Positions 1-10,127 of a stretch of DNA of 64,000 bases are shown here, piece after piece. Each line of letters begins with the position of its first letter. The first letter of the stretch is position 1. The notes below the pieces were generated by a model, which had not been told where the DNA came from, did not search any database, and saw nothing but the letters and a program-made list of their open reading frames with translations. The stretch comes from Berkelbacteria bacterium GW2011_GWA2_35_9 (lineage in GTDB: Bacteria > Patescibacteriota > UBA1384 > GWA2-35-9). The translations under genes and the position numbers were made by a program. Where the stretch lies: positions 4,080-68,079 of the forward strand of contig LBRB01000001.1 of the NCBI GenBank assembly GCA_000991185.1, in the 5' to 3' direction.

Positions 1-78
1 CCTGTTTCAAACTTAATTTGGTCGCTAAAATATAACCAAGTCGGGTTAATTAATATTTTAAAACAAATAAAAAAATAA
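1..78 (+). CDS. rplJ: 3' end of 50S ribosomal protein L10 (partial)
   Basis: Frame 1 reads PVSNLIWSLKYNQVGLINILKQIKK*, resembling the L10 C-terminal helix; lies directly upstream of rplL. Confidence 0.75.
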   Translation, partial: PVSNLIWSLKYNQVGLINILKQIKK

Positions 79-99
79 TTATAATTTTATAGGAGAAAT

Positions 100-501
100 A
101 TGTCAGAAGAAAAAAAGGAAAAATCAAAGTTTGAAGATCTAATCAAAAAGATCGAAGAATTATCAGTCAAGGATTTGGCTGAATTGGTTAAGGAATTAGA
201 AGAAAGATTTGGGGTTTCAGCAATGGCTCCAGTTGCCGTTGCAGGAACAGGCGCAACTGCAGAAGTAAGCGCTGATGATGATAAAAAAGCAGAATATACC
301 ATACATTTGAAGGATGCAGGCGTTCAAAAGATTGCTGTTATTAAGGCGATCAGAGAAGTTAGACCGGATTTAGGATTAAAAGAAGCTAAAGATTTAGCTG
401 ATGGCGCACCAAAAGACATTAAAGAGAGTGTTCCAGCCGAAGAAGCTGAAGATGCTAAAAAGAAATTTACCGAAGCTGGCGCAACAGTTGAGCTAAAGTA
501 A
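100..501 (+). CDS. rplL: 50S ribosomal protein L7/L12
   Basis: ELEERFGVSA, KIAVIKAIRE, LGLKEAKDL, AGATVELK motifs; AGGAG SD. Confidence 0.98.
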   Translation: MSEEKKEKSKFEDLIKKIEELSVKDLAELVKELEERFGVSAMAPVAVAGTGATAEVSADDDKKAEYTIHLKDAGVQKIAVIKAIREVRPDLGLKEAKDLADGAPKDIKESVPAEEAEDAKKKFTEAGATVELK

Positions 502-522
502 CCATTTTTTTATTACTTAATC

Positions 523-555
523 CAAATATGCACGTTCCTGGAATGTGCATATTTG
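523..555 (+). terminator. Stem-loop downstream of rplL
   Basis: caaatatgcacgttc / gaatgtgcatatttg, 15-bp stem with one G-U. Confidence 0.6.
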
Positions 556-631
556 TGACTGTTTAATTTCTCTAAATTATTTGCTAAAATAGAATAGTCA
601 ATCGATTAATATAATAGAGGGAAGTGTTCTT

Positions 632-976
632 ATGAATTTGGGTGTAATTAAAAAAGCTGAGGCTCCTTTATCGACGGGTGAAGAAATTAATCAATCTCAG
701 GGTGGAGATGTTGAAATTAAACCTGGTGTTGATATAGCTGAAAAACCAAAAGATGAAGAGGTAAAGAGTGATATTTTTTCAAAAGATGAAGATAATTCTG
801 GTTTATCTGCAGAATTTACTAATCAAAATCAGATAATTGATGCAAGTAATCCTGACATTGATGAAGTAAAAAAACCAGCTGTTGATCTTGAAAAAGCGGG
901 AAAAATGGTTTTTGGAAATAATGAAATAAATGATTTTAAGGATTTTGCTGATAAATTTAATCAAATAGTTTACTAA
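632..976 (+). CDS. Hypothetical acidic, probably disordered protein
   Basis: 114-aa D/E-rich ORF whose stop overlaps the next ATG (TAATG). Confidence 0.7.
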   Translation: MNLGVIKKAEAPLSTGEEINQSQGGDVEIKPGVDIAEKPKDEEVKSDIFSKDEDNSGLSAEFTNQNQIIDASNPDIDEVKKPAVDLEKAGKMVFGNNEINDFKDFADKFNQIVY

Positions 977-3459
977 TGCCTGAGATATTTTTAATTGGAT
1001 TAATTTTAGGAATAGCCATTCTTGGTTTCAGTTTTTACAGTCATAATAAAGAGAAAATTAAGTTTGTGACAACTATCACTAATATTGTGACTTTTAAAAT
1101 TATCGTTCCCAAGGAAACAATTCGTAAAGAAGACTCGAGCGCTAGTGATAGCGCTAAAGATTTCAAAGAAGCAATTGCACCGATGGAACAATTTTTTTCA
1201 GCGATTTCATCAGTATTTGAACGAGAAATTGTTAAAGATTATGCCAATATTCAAGATGTGATTAGTCTGGAAATTGTTGCCAAAGATAATTTAATTTGTT
1301 TCTATTTAACCTGCCCAGCAGATCATTCGGAAATGATAAAAAGACAAATTTTAGCTTATTATCCATACGCAGTTCTCGATGTCGTTCCAAATCACAATAT
1401 TTTTGATATTCAAGGCAATGAAAATCAATTTGTTTCTTGTGCCGGTCTACGAGCTAACAAGCGTTTTATCTATCCGATAAAAACTTATAAAAATTTAGAT
1501 GTTGATGCGCTTAATGGTTTGACAAATTCAATTTCAAAACTTGGGATGCATTCATCGGTTGCAATACAAATTCAAATCAAACCGATTAGCGATCGCTGGA
1601 GGATCTATCCCGCTTTAGCGGCAAGAGAGGTTTTGGAAGGCAAAACTAACTATATTCACAGTAATTGGAAAACACGATTTTTGAATCAAGCTCAAGAAAT
1701 GGTTTTGAATTCAATTGCAAAAAGTAGTAGTAAGGATGGGGGAGCGTCGGGAGGAAAAAGTTGGCGTCAAACACCAGTTCAGGAAGACTTAATGAAAGCC
1801 TTTAACGAAAAAGCTAGCAAACCGGGTTTTAAAACTTATATAAGAATAGTCTCAGTTTCGAACGAAAAATCAGTCGCTGAAAGTCATCGAGAAAATATTA
1901 TCTCAAGTTTTTCTCAATTCAATGCCCCGGCTTGGAATAGTTTTATACCAATCCGATATACCATTAATAATTACCGAGTTGTAAAAAATTTCATATTGAG
2001 AATTTTTGAGAATAAGCACTCAATGATATTAAATAGTGAAGAAATTGCTTCTATTTTTCACTTGCCAACCCGTTTTGTTGAAACACCGAATATCCAGTGG
2101 TTGCAGTCAAGAACTTTACCAGCACCAGCTAATTTGCCAACTGAAGGTATTATTATCGGCGAATCAATTCATCGAGGTGAAAAAGTTCCAGTTAAAATTA
2201 AAGATGAAGATCGACGCCGACACATTTTTATGATTGGAAAAACCGGTGTTGGTAAAACAACATTGTTTGAAAATATGGTTGATCAAGATATCCGAAATGG
2301 CAAAGGGATTGCATATTTGGACCCAAACGGTGATGCGGTTCAGTCAATATTGGAGAAAATCCCTAAAGAAAGAGCCGAAGATGTTATCTATTTCGATCCA
2401 GCTAATACTGAAAACCCGATGGGTTTAAATTTACTTGAGTGGGACAATGATGAAGAAAAAGATTTCTTAATTGCTGAATGGCTTGAAATGTTTTATAAGC
2501 TTTACGATCCAAATAAGACTGGAATAATTGGACCACAGTTTGAACATTGGGGAAGAAATGCCGCCCTGACCGTGATGAGTCTTCCCGAAGGTGGAACCTT
2601 AATCGATATACCAAGACTTTTTACCGATGATCAATTTCGGGAACGAGCGATTAAAAGTGTTCAAGATCCTATTGTTAAAGCTTTTTGGCAAGAACAATTA
2701 GCCAAAACTGCCGATTTTCATAAATCAGAAATGTACAATTATTTTATATCTAAATTCGGACGATTTATGACTAATAAAATGATGCGCAATATTATTGGTC
2801 AATCAAAAAGTGCTTTTGATCTTAGAAAAATTATGGATGAGGGAAAAATATTACTAGTCAATTTGTCAAAAGGTGAGTTAGGCGAAATGAATTCTTACCT
2901 TTTAGGTATGGTTTTAGTTTCAAAAATTCAGTCGGCAGCTTTTTCAAGAGCTAATATTCCTGAGGCGGAAAGAAAAGATTTTTATCTGTACGTGGATGAG
3001 TTTCAAAACTTTACGACCGATAGCTTTGCGACAATTTTATCGGAGGCAAGAAAATATCGATTGTCGCTAAATGTAACTAATCAATACATTGCGCAATTAA
3101 CTGAAAAGATTAGAGACGCTGTTGTTGGAAATGCCGGTACATTAATTTGTTACCGTATTGGAGCCGGCGATGCGGAATATATGGTTAAAGAATTTCCTAG
3201 CGTAACGATTGACGATATGGTGAATTTAGATAAATATACAACCTATACAAAATTGTTGATCGATTTAACGCCATCAAAACCGTTTACTATGCATGGCGTT
3301 TTAAGTCCAATAGAAAAAAATCAAGCGATGAGGGAAGCAATTGTACAATTATCAAATTTGAAATATACTCATACTAAGAGTGAGGTTGAAAAATTACTTG
3401 ATAAAAGATATAAAAAAGAAAATATTGATAAAGAGAGCGGTATTAATGTTTTAGAGTAA
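976..3459 (+). CDS. VirD4/TraD/HerA-like (DUF87-type) P-loop ATPase with N-terminal TM anchor
   Basis: N-terminal TM; RRRHIFMIGKTGVGKT Walker A, YLDPNGD, YVDEFQNF Walker B, SEARKY motif. Confidence 0.88.
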   Translation: MPEIFLIGLILGIAILGFSFYSHNKEKIKFVTTITNIVTFKIIVPKETIRKEDSSASDSAKDFKEAIAPMEQFFSAISSVFEREIVKDYANIQDVISLEIVAKDNLICFYLTCPADHSEMIKRQILAYYPYAVLDVVPNHNIFDIQGNENQFVSCAGLRANKRFIYPIKTYKNLDVDALNGLTNSISKLGMHSSVAIQIQIKPISDRWRIYPALAAREVLEGKTNYIHSNWKTRFLNQAQEMVLNSIAKSSSKDGGASGGKSWRQTPVQEDLMKAFNEKASKPGFKTYIRIVSVSNEKSVAESHRENIISSFSQFNAPAWNSFIPIRYTINNYRVVKNFILRIFENKHSMILNSEEIASIFHLPTRFVETPNIQWLQSRTLPAPANLPTEGIIIGESIHRGEKVPVKIKDEDRRRHIFMIGKTGVGKTTLFENMVDQDIRNGKGIAYLDPNGDAVQSILEKIPKERAEDVIYFDPANTENPMGLNLLEWDNDEEKDFLIAEWLEMFYKLYDPNKTGIIGPQFEHWGRNAALTVMSLPEGGTLIDIPRLFTDDQFRERAIKSVQDPIVKAFWQEQLAKTADFHKSEMYNYFISKFGRFMTNKMMRNIIGQSKSAFDLRKIMDEGKILLVNLSKGELGEMNSYLLGMVLVSKIQSAAFSRANIPEAERKDFYLYVDEFQNFTTDSFATILSEARKYRLSLNVTNQYIAQLTEKIRDAVVGNAGTLICYRIGAGDAEYMVKEFPSVTIDDMVNLDKYTTYTKLLIDLTPSKPFTMHGVLSPIEKNQAMREAIVQLSNLKYTHTKSEVEKLLDKRYKKENIDKESGINVLE

Positions 3460-3462
3460 ATT

Positions 3463-6129
3463 ATGCCATTTTTAACTATAGTAATCATTGCTTTAATCGT
3501 TTATGTCAGTATAATTGGCATCGGGATTTTGTGGTGGATGATAATTAAAAATAATCGATCCATTAGTCAAACAGATGACAAAAAATATATATTGCTAGAA
3601 ATATTGGTGCCAAAAAATAATGAGAAAGGACCCTTGGCGGCAGAAAGTATGTTTGCGTCAATGCATGGTATTTTTCAGGAAGCAATCGAAAGTCAAGAGA
3701 AATTAAGTTTTGAAATAGCCTCTAAGGGAAAATTTATTATTTTTTATGCTCATATTCCAGCCCATCTAAAAGATTTTATTGAAGGACAAATTTACTCGCA
3801 ATATCCAACTGTCGAAATATCGGAGGTTAAGGATTATGCATCGGTTGTTATGCGAGATCCAAACCAAAAAGCGATTGTAGGAACTGAATTAAAGTTAAAT
3901 AAAGATTATGTTTTTCCAATAAAAACCTTTTTAAATTTTGAGGTTGATCCGTTATCTAGTATTACTGGAATGTTATCTAAGATTGAAGAAGGGGAGCAAT
4001 TATGGATTCAGATAATTGTTCAGCCAATTGCTGATGATTGGCAAGATAGGGGAGTTAAATATGTTAAATCGGTTAAAGAGACTGGCAAAGGACCAGAAAG
4101 TTTAGAATTTAAAAAAGAATTAAAAAAAAGATTATCCAGTCTATCAAAAGATTTGGCTCAAAGTGCAAAAGGAGTATTTGCCTCGTCATCTGATAGTGCG
4201 TCCAAAGATTCTGGGGGGAAAGATATCGTTTTACCAGGTCCAGTTGAGGCTGCGTTATCAGGTATTAATGAAAAGATTACTAAGCTTGGGTTTTTGACGA
4301 CCATTCGGATAGTGTGTATTTCGAACGATGAAGAATTGTCAAAAAATAAACTCAATGGTTTAGTCGGAGCATTCAAACAATTCAATACAGTCAATTTAAA
4401 TGGTTTTGGAATAAAAGAAATTTTATCTGGTCAGGAAATATTGGAAGAATATATACTACGAAAAACAAATGTCAACGCTTTTGTTCTAAATATTGAAGAA
4501 TTAGCATCGATTTATCATTTGCCGAACATATCGGTTGAAACTCCTTTAATTAGTTGGGCAGGAAGCAAAAAAGGTGAACCACCATCTAATTTGCCAATAA
4601 AAAGCGAAGGGGAAAAGAATATCGTCCCGATTGGAGAAACAAATTTTAGAAATTATCGAATGCAATTTGGGATTAAACAAAAAGATAGGCGATTACACAT
4701 ATATACGATTGGAAAAACCGGAACTGGTAAATCAACGATGCTTGAAAATATGATAATTGATGATATTTTATCGGGAAGAGGAGTGGCTGTAGTTGATCCG
4801 CACGGGGATTTAATTGATCATGTTTTAGAATTTGTGCCGGACAGTCGGATTGATGATGTAGTCTATTTCTCTCCAGCCGATCGAGAGTATCCTGTTGGGT
4901 TTAATCTGCTTGAAAATGTTGATCCTGATTTAAAAAATGTAGTTGCCTCCGGAGTTGTTGGAATATTCAAAAAAATCTTTGGAGAATCATGGGGTCCAAG
5001 ATTAGAGTATATACTCAGAAATGCAGTTTTATCGCTTTTGGATTATCCAGATGCGACGATGCTTGAAATAATTAAAATTTTAATTGATAAAAGTTTTCGC
5101 AAAAAAGTATTAGAGTACGTAAAAGACCCAGTACTATTAGATTTTTGGTTAAACGAATATGATAAATATGATCAAAAATTTAGAACTGAAGCAGTAGCGC
5201 CTATTCAAAACAAGGTCGGACAATTTTTATCAACTACTACTATTCGAAATATAGTTGGGCAGCCGGAATCAACAATTAATTTGAATAATATAATGGATGA
5301 AAGAAAAATTTTATTAATTGATTTATCAATTGGAAAAATAGGGGAGGATACAGCCGCTTTGTTAGGGTCAATGATGATTACAAAAATTCAGCTCTCAGCT
5401 ATGCAAAGAGCTCATATTTCAGAAGCAGAAAGAGTTGATTTTTATTTGTATGTTGATGAGTTCCAAAACTTTGCAACTGATAGTTTTGCGACTATACTTT
5501 CAGAAGCTAGAAAATATCATTTAAATTTAGTGATGACCAATCAATACATAGCTCAGATGCCTGAGATTGTCAAAGAAGCGATATTTGGAAATGTGGGAAC
5601 ATTGATATCATTCAGGGTTGGAGCAGGAGATAGTGAAGCGTTGGTTAAAGAGTTTGAACCAATTTTTGATTCTAACGATTTGGTTAATTTAGCCAATTAC
5701 AATATTTATGTAAAAATGGCGATTGATGGAGTAACATCACCGGCATTCTCGGCAGTTTCATTGGCGCCAAAAAAAGAAGGTTATCATAATCGAGATAAAA
5801 TTATTAATCGTTCACGGGAACAATATGCTAAATCGAGAGAAGAAGTTGAACAAAGACAATCGGATGTTTCAGGACATTTTGATGATGACCAAAATGTTTC
5901 AGACAAGTCAAAAGGAAATAAAATAACTAAAATTGATGATAATATATACCAACAGGATGGTGAAACATTCTTTAATGATGACAAAGGAAACAGATGGTAC
6001 ATACAAAGTAAGACCAAAGACCAAAGATCAAAGACCAAAAAATTACCAAAAGAAGAGAAAATAAATACAATTACAGAGGATAAAATTGATCTTGAAAATG
6101 ACTTGTTGCTACCACTCGATAAATTGTAA
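3463..6129 (+). CDS. Second VirD4/TraD/HerA-like ATPase, paralog of the upstream gene
   Basis: N-terminal TM; HIYTIGKTGTGKS, VVDPHGD, YVDEFQNF, SEARKY. Confidence 0.88.
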   Translation: MPFLTIVIIALIVYVSIIGIGILWWMIIKNNRSISQTDDKKYILLEILVPKNNEKGPLAAESMFASMHGIFQEAIESQEKLSFEIASKGKFIIFYAHIPAHLKDFIEGQIYSQYPTVEISEVKDYASVVMRDPNQKAIVGTELKLNKDYVFPIKTFLNFEVDPLSSITGMLSKIEEGEQLWIQIIVQPIADDWQDRGVKYVKSVKETGKGPESLEFKKELKKRLSSLSKDLAQSAKGVFASSSDSASKDSGGKDIVLPGPVEAALSGINEKITKLGFLTTIRIVCISNDEELSKNKLNGLVGAFKQFNTVNLNGFGIKEILSGQEILEEYILRKTNVNAFVLNIEELASIYHLPNISVETPLISWAGSKKGEPPSNLPIKSEGEKNIVPIGETNFRNYRMQFGIKQKDRRLHIYTIGKTGTGKSTMLENMIIDDILSGRGVAVVDPHGDLIDHVLEFVPDSRIDDVVYFSPADREYPVGFNLLENVDPDLKNVVASGVVGIFKKIFGESWGPRLEYILRNAVLSLLDYPDATMLEIIKILIDKSFRKKVLEYVKDPVLLDFWLNEYDKYDQKFRTEAVAPIQNKVGQFLSTTTIRNIVGQPESTINLNNIMDERKILLIDLSIGKIGEDTAALLGSMMITKIQLSAMQRAHISEAERVDFYLYVDEFQNFATDSFATILSEARKYHLNLVMTNQYIAQMPEIVKEAIFGNVGTLISFRVGAGDSEALVKEFEPIFDSNDLVNLANYNIYVKMAIDGVTSPAFSAVSLAPKKEGYHNRDKIINRSREQYAKSREEVEQRQSDVSGHFDDDQNVSDKSKGNKITKIDDNIYQQDGETFFNDDKGNRWYIQSKTKDQRSKTKKLPKEEKINTITEDKIDLENDLLLPLDKL
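6010..6037 (+). repeat. Heptamer tandem array (AAGACCA)x4 inside CDS
   Basis: aagacca aagacca aagatca aagacca, translated KTKDQRSKTK. Confidence 0.85.
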
Positions 6130-6190
6130 TAATACCCTGAAAAAATCACTACTTTCGGGGGAGAGGTGAAAAAATCGGGGGAGTGCTCGA

Positions 6191-6232
6191 AAAAGATAAA
6201 AGATTAAAGATAAAAGATAAAAGATTAAAGAT
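6191..6232 (+). repeat. Heptamer tandem array (WAAAGAT)x6
   Basis: aaaagat aaaagat taaagat, repeated twice exactly. Confidence 0.9.
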
Positions 6233-6314
6233 GAGGTTGGGTCGGGAAAAGAGAGAAATTGCACGAAAAAAAATAATCCTAAAAATTACCAATTTTGAGT
6301 AGGTGAGTACTAAT

Positions 6315-6323
6315 TGTGGATAA
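6315..6323 (-). promoter_or_regulatory. Perfect DnaA box TTATCCACA
   Basis: tgtggataa on the + strand, within a 535-bp intergenic region. Confidence 0.4.
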
Positions 6324-6664
6324 AAATACTAAGACGCACAATGGAACTTGTGCGACTTAGTTATATCAAATTTAACAATACGATCAGTCGCTATGTGCTT
6401 ATGTGCGTTGGTAGCTTAAATATATATACAATTATAAATATACATATTTCAACACGAATTATCTTAGATTATATTTGTCTCTATTTTTTACATTCACAGT
6501 ATGACTATATTTGATAATTACCTACTATTTGAGTACTCCTAACAGGTAAAAAACCGCAAATTTGCGATATAAGCAATGATTTTATTATTGATGATAAATT
6601 ACTCGTAAAATATAAAAAAAATTACACAATAATTTGCATATGCAATATGTAAAAATAAAAAAAA

Positions 6665-7552
6665 TTAATTTAGAGGTCGCTTATTGTGCCAAATTACAAT
6701 TAAACTTGCAGCGATAAAAATTGATGAATAAGTACCAATAATAATACCAAATAGTAAAGTAAATATAAAATGTTGTAATGTATTACCACCCAATACAAAA
6801 AGTGCAGACAGGGCGAATATAAGTGTTAATGATGTACTTAGGGATCTAGCAAGAGTTTGGGTTAATGCATGAGAAGTATTAATATAAAAAGAATTTCTAG
6901 GATTTAAAATGACATTTTCCCGAATACGATCAAAGACAACAATTGTATCATGAACCGAAAATCCCATAACAGTCAATATTGCGGTAATAAATAAACTATC
7001 AACTTCATAATTCAAAAAAATGCCGGAAAAGGCGAATGCGCCGGTGGTTATGAAAATGTCGTGTAAAAGTGCCACCACTGCAATAATACCAAAACGCCAA
7101 GCAGAAACAGAATTTGGTAAATTGCGAAATGCATATGCAATATATAAAATTATTGCAAATGAAGCAAAAATTACTGACAGAATTGCTTTATTCTTCAAAC
7201 TTTCAGAAATAGTTGGTCCAACACTTTCAAAACTAAGTTGCTCACTCTCCCCTATCTTGGACAGGTCGTTAATAATTTCGTCTTTAGTCTTTTCATCAAT
7301 TGTTTTAGTTTTGATAATAAAAACATTGTCCTCAGTAGTTTTACTGATAGTAATTGGCAAATCTCTTTTTTGAAAGACTTCTTTGATATTTTCATTGTTC
7401 TCTATTTTACTTCTCAATTCCAGAACACTTCCACCCGTAAAATCAATCCCAATTTTTAATTTATAAAAACTAAGAACAAAGATTGATGCGATTGTAATAA
7501 GCAGACTAAAATAAATAAAGAGATAACGGAATTTTAAAATATCAAATTTCAT
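6665..7552 (-). CDS. secF: Protein translocase subunit SecF
   Basis: GIDFTGG, VGPTI, HD, GFSVHDTIVVFDRIRE, GTYSSIFIA. Confidence 0.97.
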   Translation of the reverse strand: MKFDILKFRYLFIYFSLLITIASIFVLSFYKLKIGIDFTGGSVLELRSKIENNENIKEVFQKRDLPITISKTTEDNVFIIKTKTIDEKTKDEIINDLSKIGESEQLSFESVGPTISESLKNKAILSVIFASFAIILYIAYAFRNLPNSVSAWRFGIIAVVALLHDIFITTGAFAFSGIFLNYEVDSLFITAILTVMGFSVHDTIVVFDRIRENVILNPRNSFYINTSHALTQTLARSLSTSLTLIFALSALFVLGGNTLQHFIFTLLFGIIIGTYSSIFIAASLIVIWHNKRPLN

Positions 7553-8880
7553 ATCGTTTTTTTAATTTTAATTATTTTAATTTTAGGTAATTTTAATTTG
7601 AAATTAGAAAAAAGCAATAACAGTGTTTGCGAAATAGTTATAGCTGAAAACATTGAAACTAATATTCCAATCAGTAGCGTGATCGCAAACCCTCTAACAA
7701 TTCCGGAACCAAACCAGATTAAAATAATTGAAGTAATTATTGTAGAAAAATTTGAATCACGAATAGATGACCAGGCTCGACGAAAACCTTCTTGAATGGC
7801 TGTAATTTTACCTTTTCCCATCTGACTTTCTTCTTTAGTTCTTTCAAAAATTAAAATATTAGCATCAACTGCTGCTCCAATCGACAGAATTAGTCCAGCA
7901 ATTCCAGCTAATGTAATAGTAACAGGTATTAATTTGAAGACCGCCAATACAATAATTATATAGATAAGTAATGCCAAGGATGCGATCACGCCTGATCCTT
8001 TGTATTGGAAAATCATAAATAATGTTACTAAAATAATTGCTACAAAACTGGCAAAAATACTTTTTGAAATTGATTCATTACCTAATTGCGCCCCAACAGT
8101 TCGTTGCGAAATTAATTCAAGTGGAACTGGCAAAGCGCCCGAGTTAAGTGAAATTGAAAGCGAACGAGCTGAGGTTGCATCAAAATTGCCAGAAATTACA
8201 GCATTACCACCGACAATCGCTTCGTTTACATTAGGAGCAGAAACGATTTCATTATCTAAAATAATTGCGACTGGTTTACCGACATTTCGAGTGGTTATTT
8301 CTTCAAACAATTTAGCACCATCACTATTAAATGAGATCGAAACAACCGGCTCAGATTTAATACCTCCAGCTGAATTTCCTGATCCTCCCCCACCTTGATA
8401 TGTAATAGTAGCATTGGATAAATATTTTCCCGTCAACTCAGTTTTTTTCCATTCCTTAGTTACACCATCTCCATTTTCCCCACCCGATTGTTCTTGAAAT
8501 TCTAGATTAGCAGTTTTGCCGACTAAATCTATTGCTTGATTGATATCTTGAATTCCGGGCAATTCAAGTGTAATAATTTTTTGGTTATTTAATGTTCCAG
8601 CTTGGATTACTGGTTCTGATACACCGAGCGAATCAACCCTCTTTCTAATTACCGAGAGTACACTTTCAGTGGCTTGTTGCTTTTGGTTCTCTTCGGTTTT
8701 TGAAAGATCTAGTTTATAGGTTAATTGACTTCCACCAGCAATATCCAAACCTTTAACCAGATCAATTTTTTTAGTTTCATTTAGTATCTTAATGTTTTTG
8801 TTGTTTGGCTTAACAACAAAAACAGCTAAAAAAGTTATCAGAATAATTAAAAAAACTCGCCACAAAATAATTCTTTTCAT
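7549..8880 (-). CDS. secD: Protein translocase subunit SecD
   Basis: GLDIAGG, RVDSLGVSEP, SGALPVP, AVDANILIFER. Confidence 0.97.
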   Translation of the reverse strand: MKRIILWRVFLIILITFLAVFVVKPNNKNIKILNETKKIDLVKGLDIAGGSQLTYKLDLSKTEENQKQQATESVLSVIRKRVDSLGVSEPVIQAGTLNNQKIITLELPGIQDINQAIDLVGKTANLEFQEQSGGENGDGVTKEWKKTELTGKYLSNATITYQGGGGSGNSAGGIKSEPVVSISFNSDGAKLFEEITTRNVGKPVAIILDNEIVSAPNVNEAIVGGNAVISGNFDATSARSLSISLNSGALPVPLELISQRTVGAQLGNESISKSIFASFVAIILVTLFMIFQYKGSGVIASLALLIYIIIVLAVFKLIPVTITLAGIAGLILSIGAAVDANILIFERTKEESQMGKGKITAIQEGFRRAWSSIRDSNFSTIITSIILIWFGSGIVRGFAITLLIGILVSMFSAITISQTLLLLFSNFKLKLPKIKIIKIKKTI

Positions 8881-8903
8881 ATTAATAAGATAACAAATAA
8901 TAA

Positions 8904-9590
8904 TTATTTCTCAATAGCTGGACCAATTTTATCAATAATTATTTTTAGATCGGCTGGAAGGTCGGATTGAAAATTAAACAATTTATTTTTATATTTAAAG
9001 CCAATTTTATAGCTATGTAAAAATTGTCTTTCCAATTTTAAACCGTCACTCATTCTTTTCGAATCTTTAAAAAAGTATATCTTATCCCCAATTATAGGAT
9101 GGTGTAAATAATTAGCAGTTAATCTAATTTGGTGTGTTCTGCCACTAAAAATTGAAAATTTAACCAATGAGAAATAATTATTTTTATATTGATAATAATG
9201 TTTTACCCGCCAACTTGTTTTAGAACTTCTTAGATCTCCCCTATTTAATTGCGTTGAGTATTGAGTAATTTTCATTGGTTTTTTTCTTTTCGGATCACGG
9301 GAAATATTCAGTTCAACTTGACCGCTATTTTCTAATTTTCCCCAGACCAAACCCAGATACGACTTGTTAACTTTTCTATCTTTAAAAAGTTTTTGAATTG
9401 TAATAAGTGCAGAATTATTTTTAGCAATTACCATTAATCCAGATGTATCTTTATCTAGCCGATGGATTAAACCATTTCTTTCGATATTATTTTTATTATT
9501 AATTTCATCGGCAATTTCAAAAGATTCAACATTCGGGTGTTTATCAACCATATAAAAATCATTATTTTCGTACTTAATTGAATATTTCAT
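8904..9590 (-). CDS. RluA-family pseudouridine synthase (no S4 domain)
   Basis: HRLDKDTSG catalytic motif, GRTHQIR, HPIIGD. Confidence 0.93.
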   Translation of the reverse strand: MKYSIKYENNDFYMVDKHPNVESFEIADEINNKNNIERNGLIHRLDKDTSGLMVIAKNNSALITIQKLFKDRKVNKSYLGLVWGKLENSGQVELNISRDPKRKKPMKITQYSTQLNRGDLRSSKTSWRVKHYYQYKNNYFSLVKFSIFSGRTHQIRLTANYLHHPIIGDKIYFFKDSKRMSDGLKLERQFLHSYKIGFKYKNKLFNFQSDLPADLKIIIDKIGPAIEK

Positions 9591-9603
9591 AATTAGATAT
9601 TGA

Positions 9604-10080
9604 TTAATTTAATAACCAAATTGAGTAATTTAATACTGACGCAAAAGAGACCCAAAGCAAATATGGAATCATTAACCAACCAGAATTAAGAGAAAATTTA
9701 TTAGCGTTAGTAATACACAGAAATATCAAAAACCACAAAATTGCAATAGTAAACAATGCACTTCCAATTAAATTGAAGCCAAAAAACACTATTGACCATA
9801 AAGCGTTAAAAAATAATTGAAGATAAAAAAGGTTTAAAACTTTTTGACGATGTTTAGTTGGATTTGAATTTAATATTAGAAATAAAACTACGATTAGTAT
9901 TAAATATAAGACTGTCCAAACTGGTCCAAATATCCAATTAGGCGGATTAAAAATTGGTTTTGTTAAAGCTTGGTACCAACCATCAATTGCTCTAAATGTT
10001 GCTAGCGATCCGATTAAAGCGGTTAAAAACACCGACCCAACCGAAATTAACCAATATTTTGTTGATTTCTTTAATTTCAT
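9604..10080 (-). CDS. tspO: TspO/MBR tryptophan-rich sensory membrane protein
   Basis: WYQALTKP.FNPPNWIFGPVWTVLY, PYLLWVSFA. Confidence 0.93.
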   Translation of the reverse strand: MKLKKSTKYWLISVGSVFLTALIGSLATFRAIDGWYQALTKPIFNPPNWIFGPVWTVLYLILIVVLFLILNSNPTKHRQKVLNLFYLQLFFNALWSIVFFGFNLIGSALFTIAILWFLIFLCITNANKFSLNSGWLMIPYLLWVSFASVLNYSIWLLN

Positions 10081-10127
10081 AATTTAATTATAGCATAATT
10101 TTAACAAAAAGCCCCCAAGTATGGAGG

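Noticed and set aside
6350-6445. Possible dif site (ttatatcaaat, atttaacaata, central tataca)
   Set aside because: Only partial XerD-like half sites; no properly spaced XerC arm
6314-6514. 66-aa ORF in the convergent intergenic gap
   Set aside because: GTG start, no SD, no recognisable motif, and composition typical of AT-rich non-coding DNA
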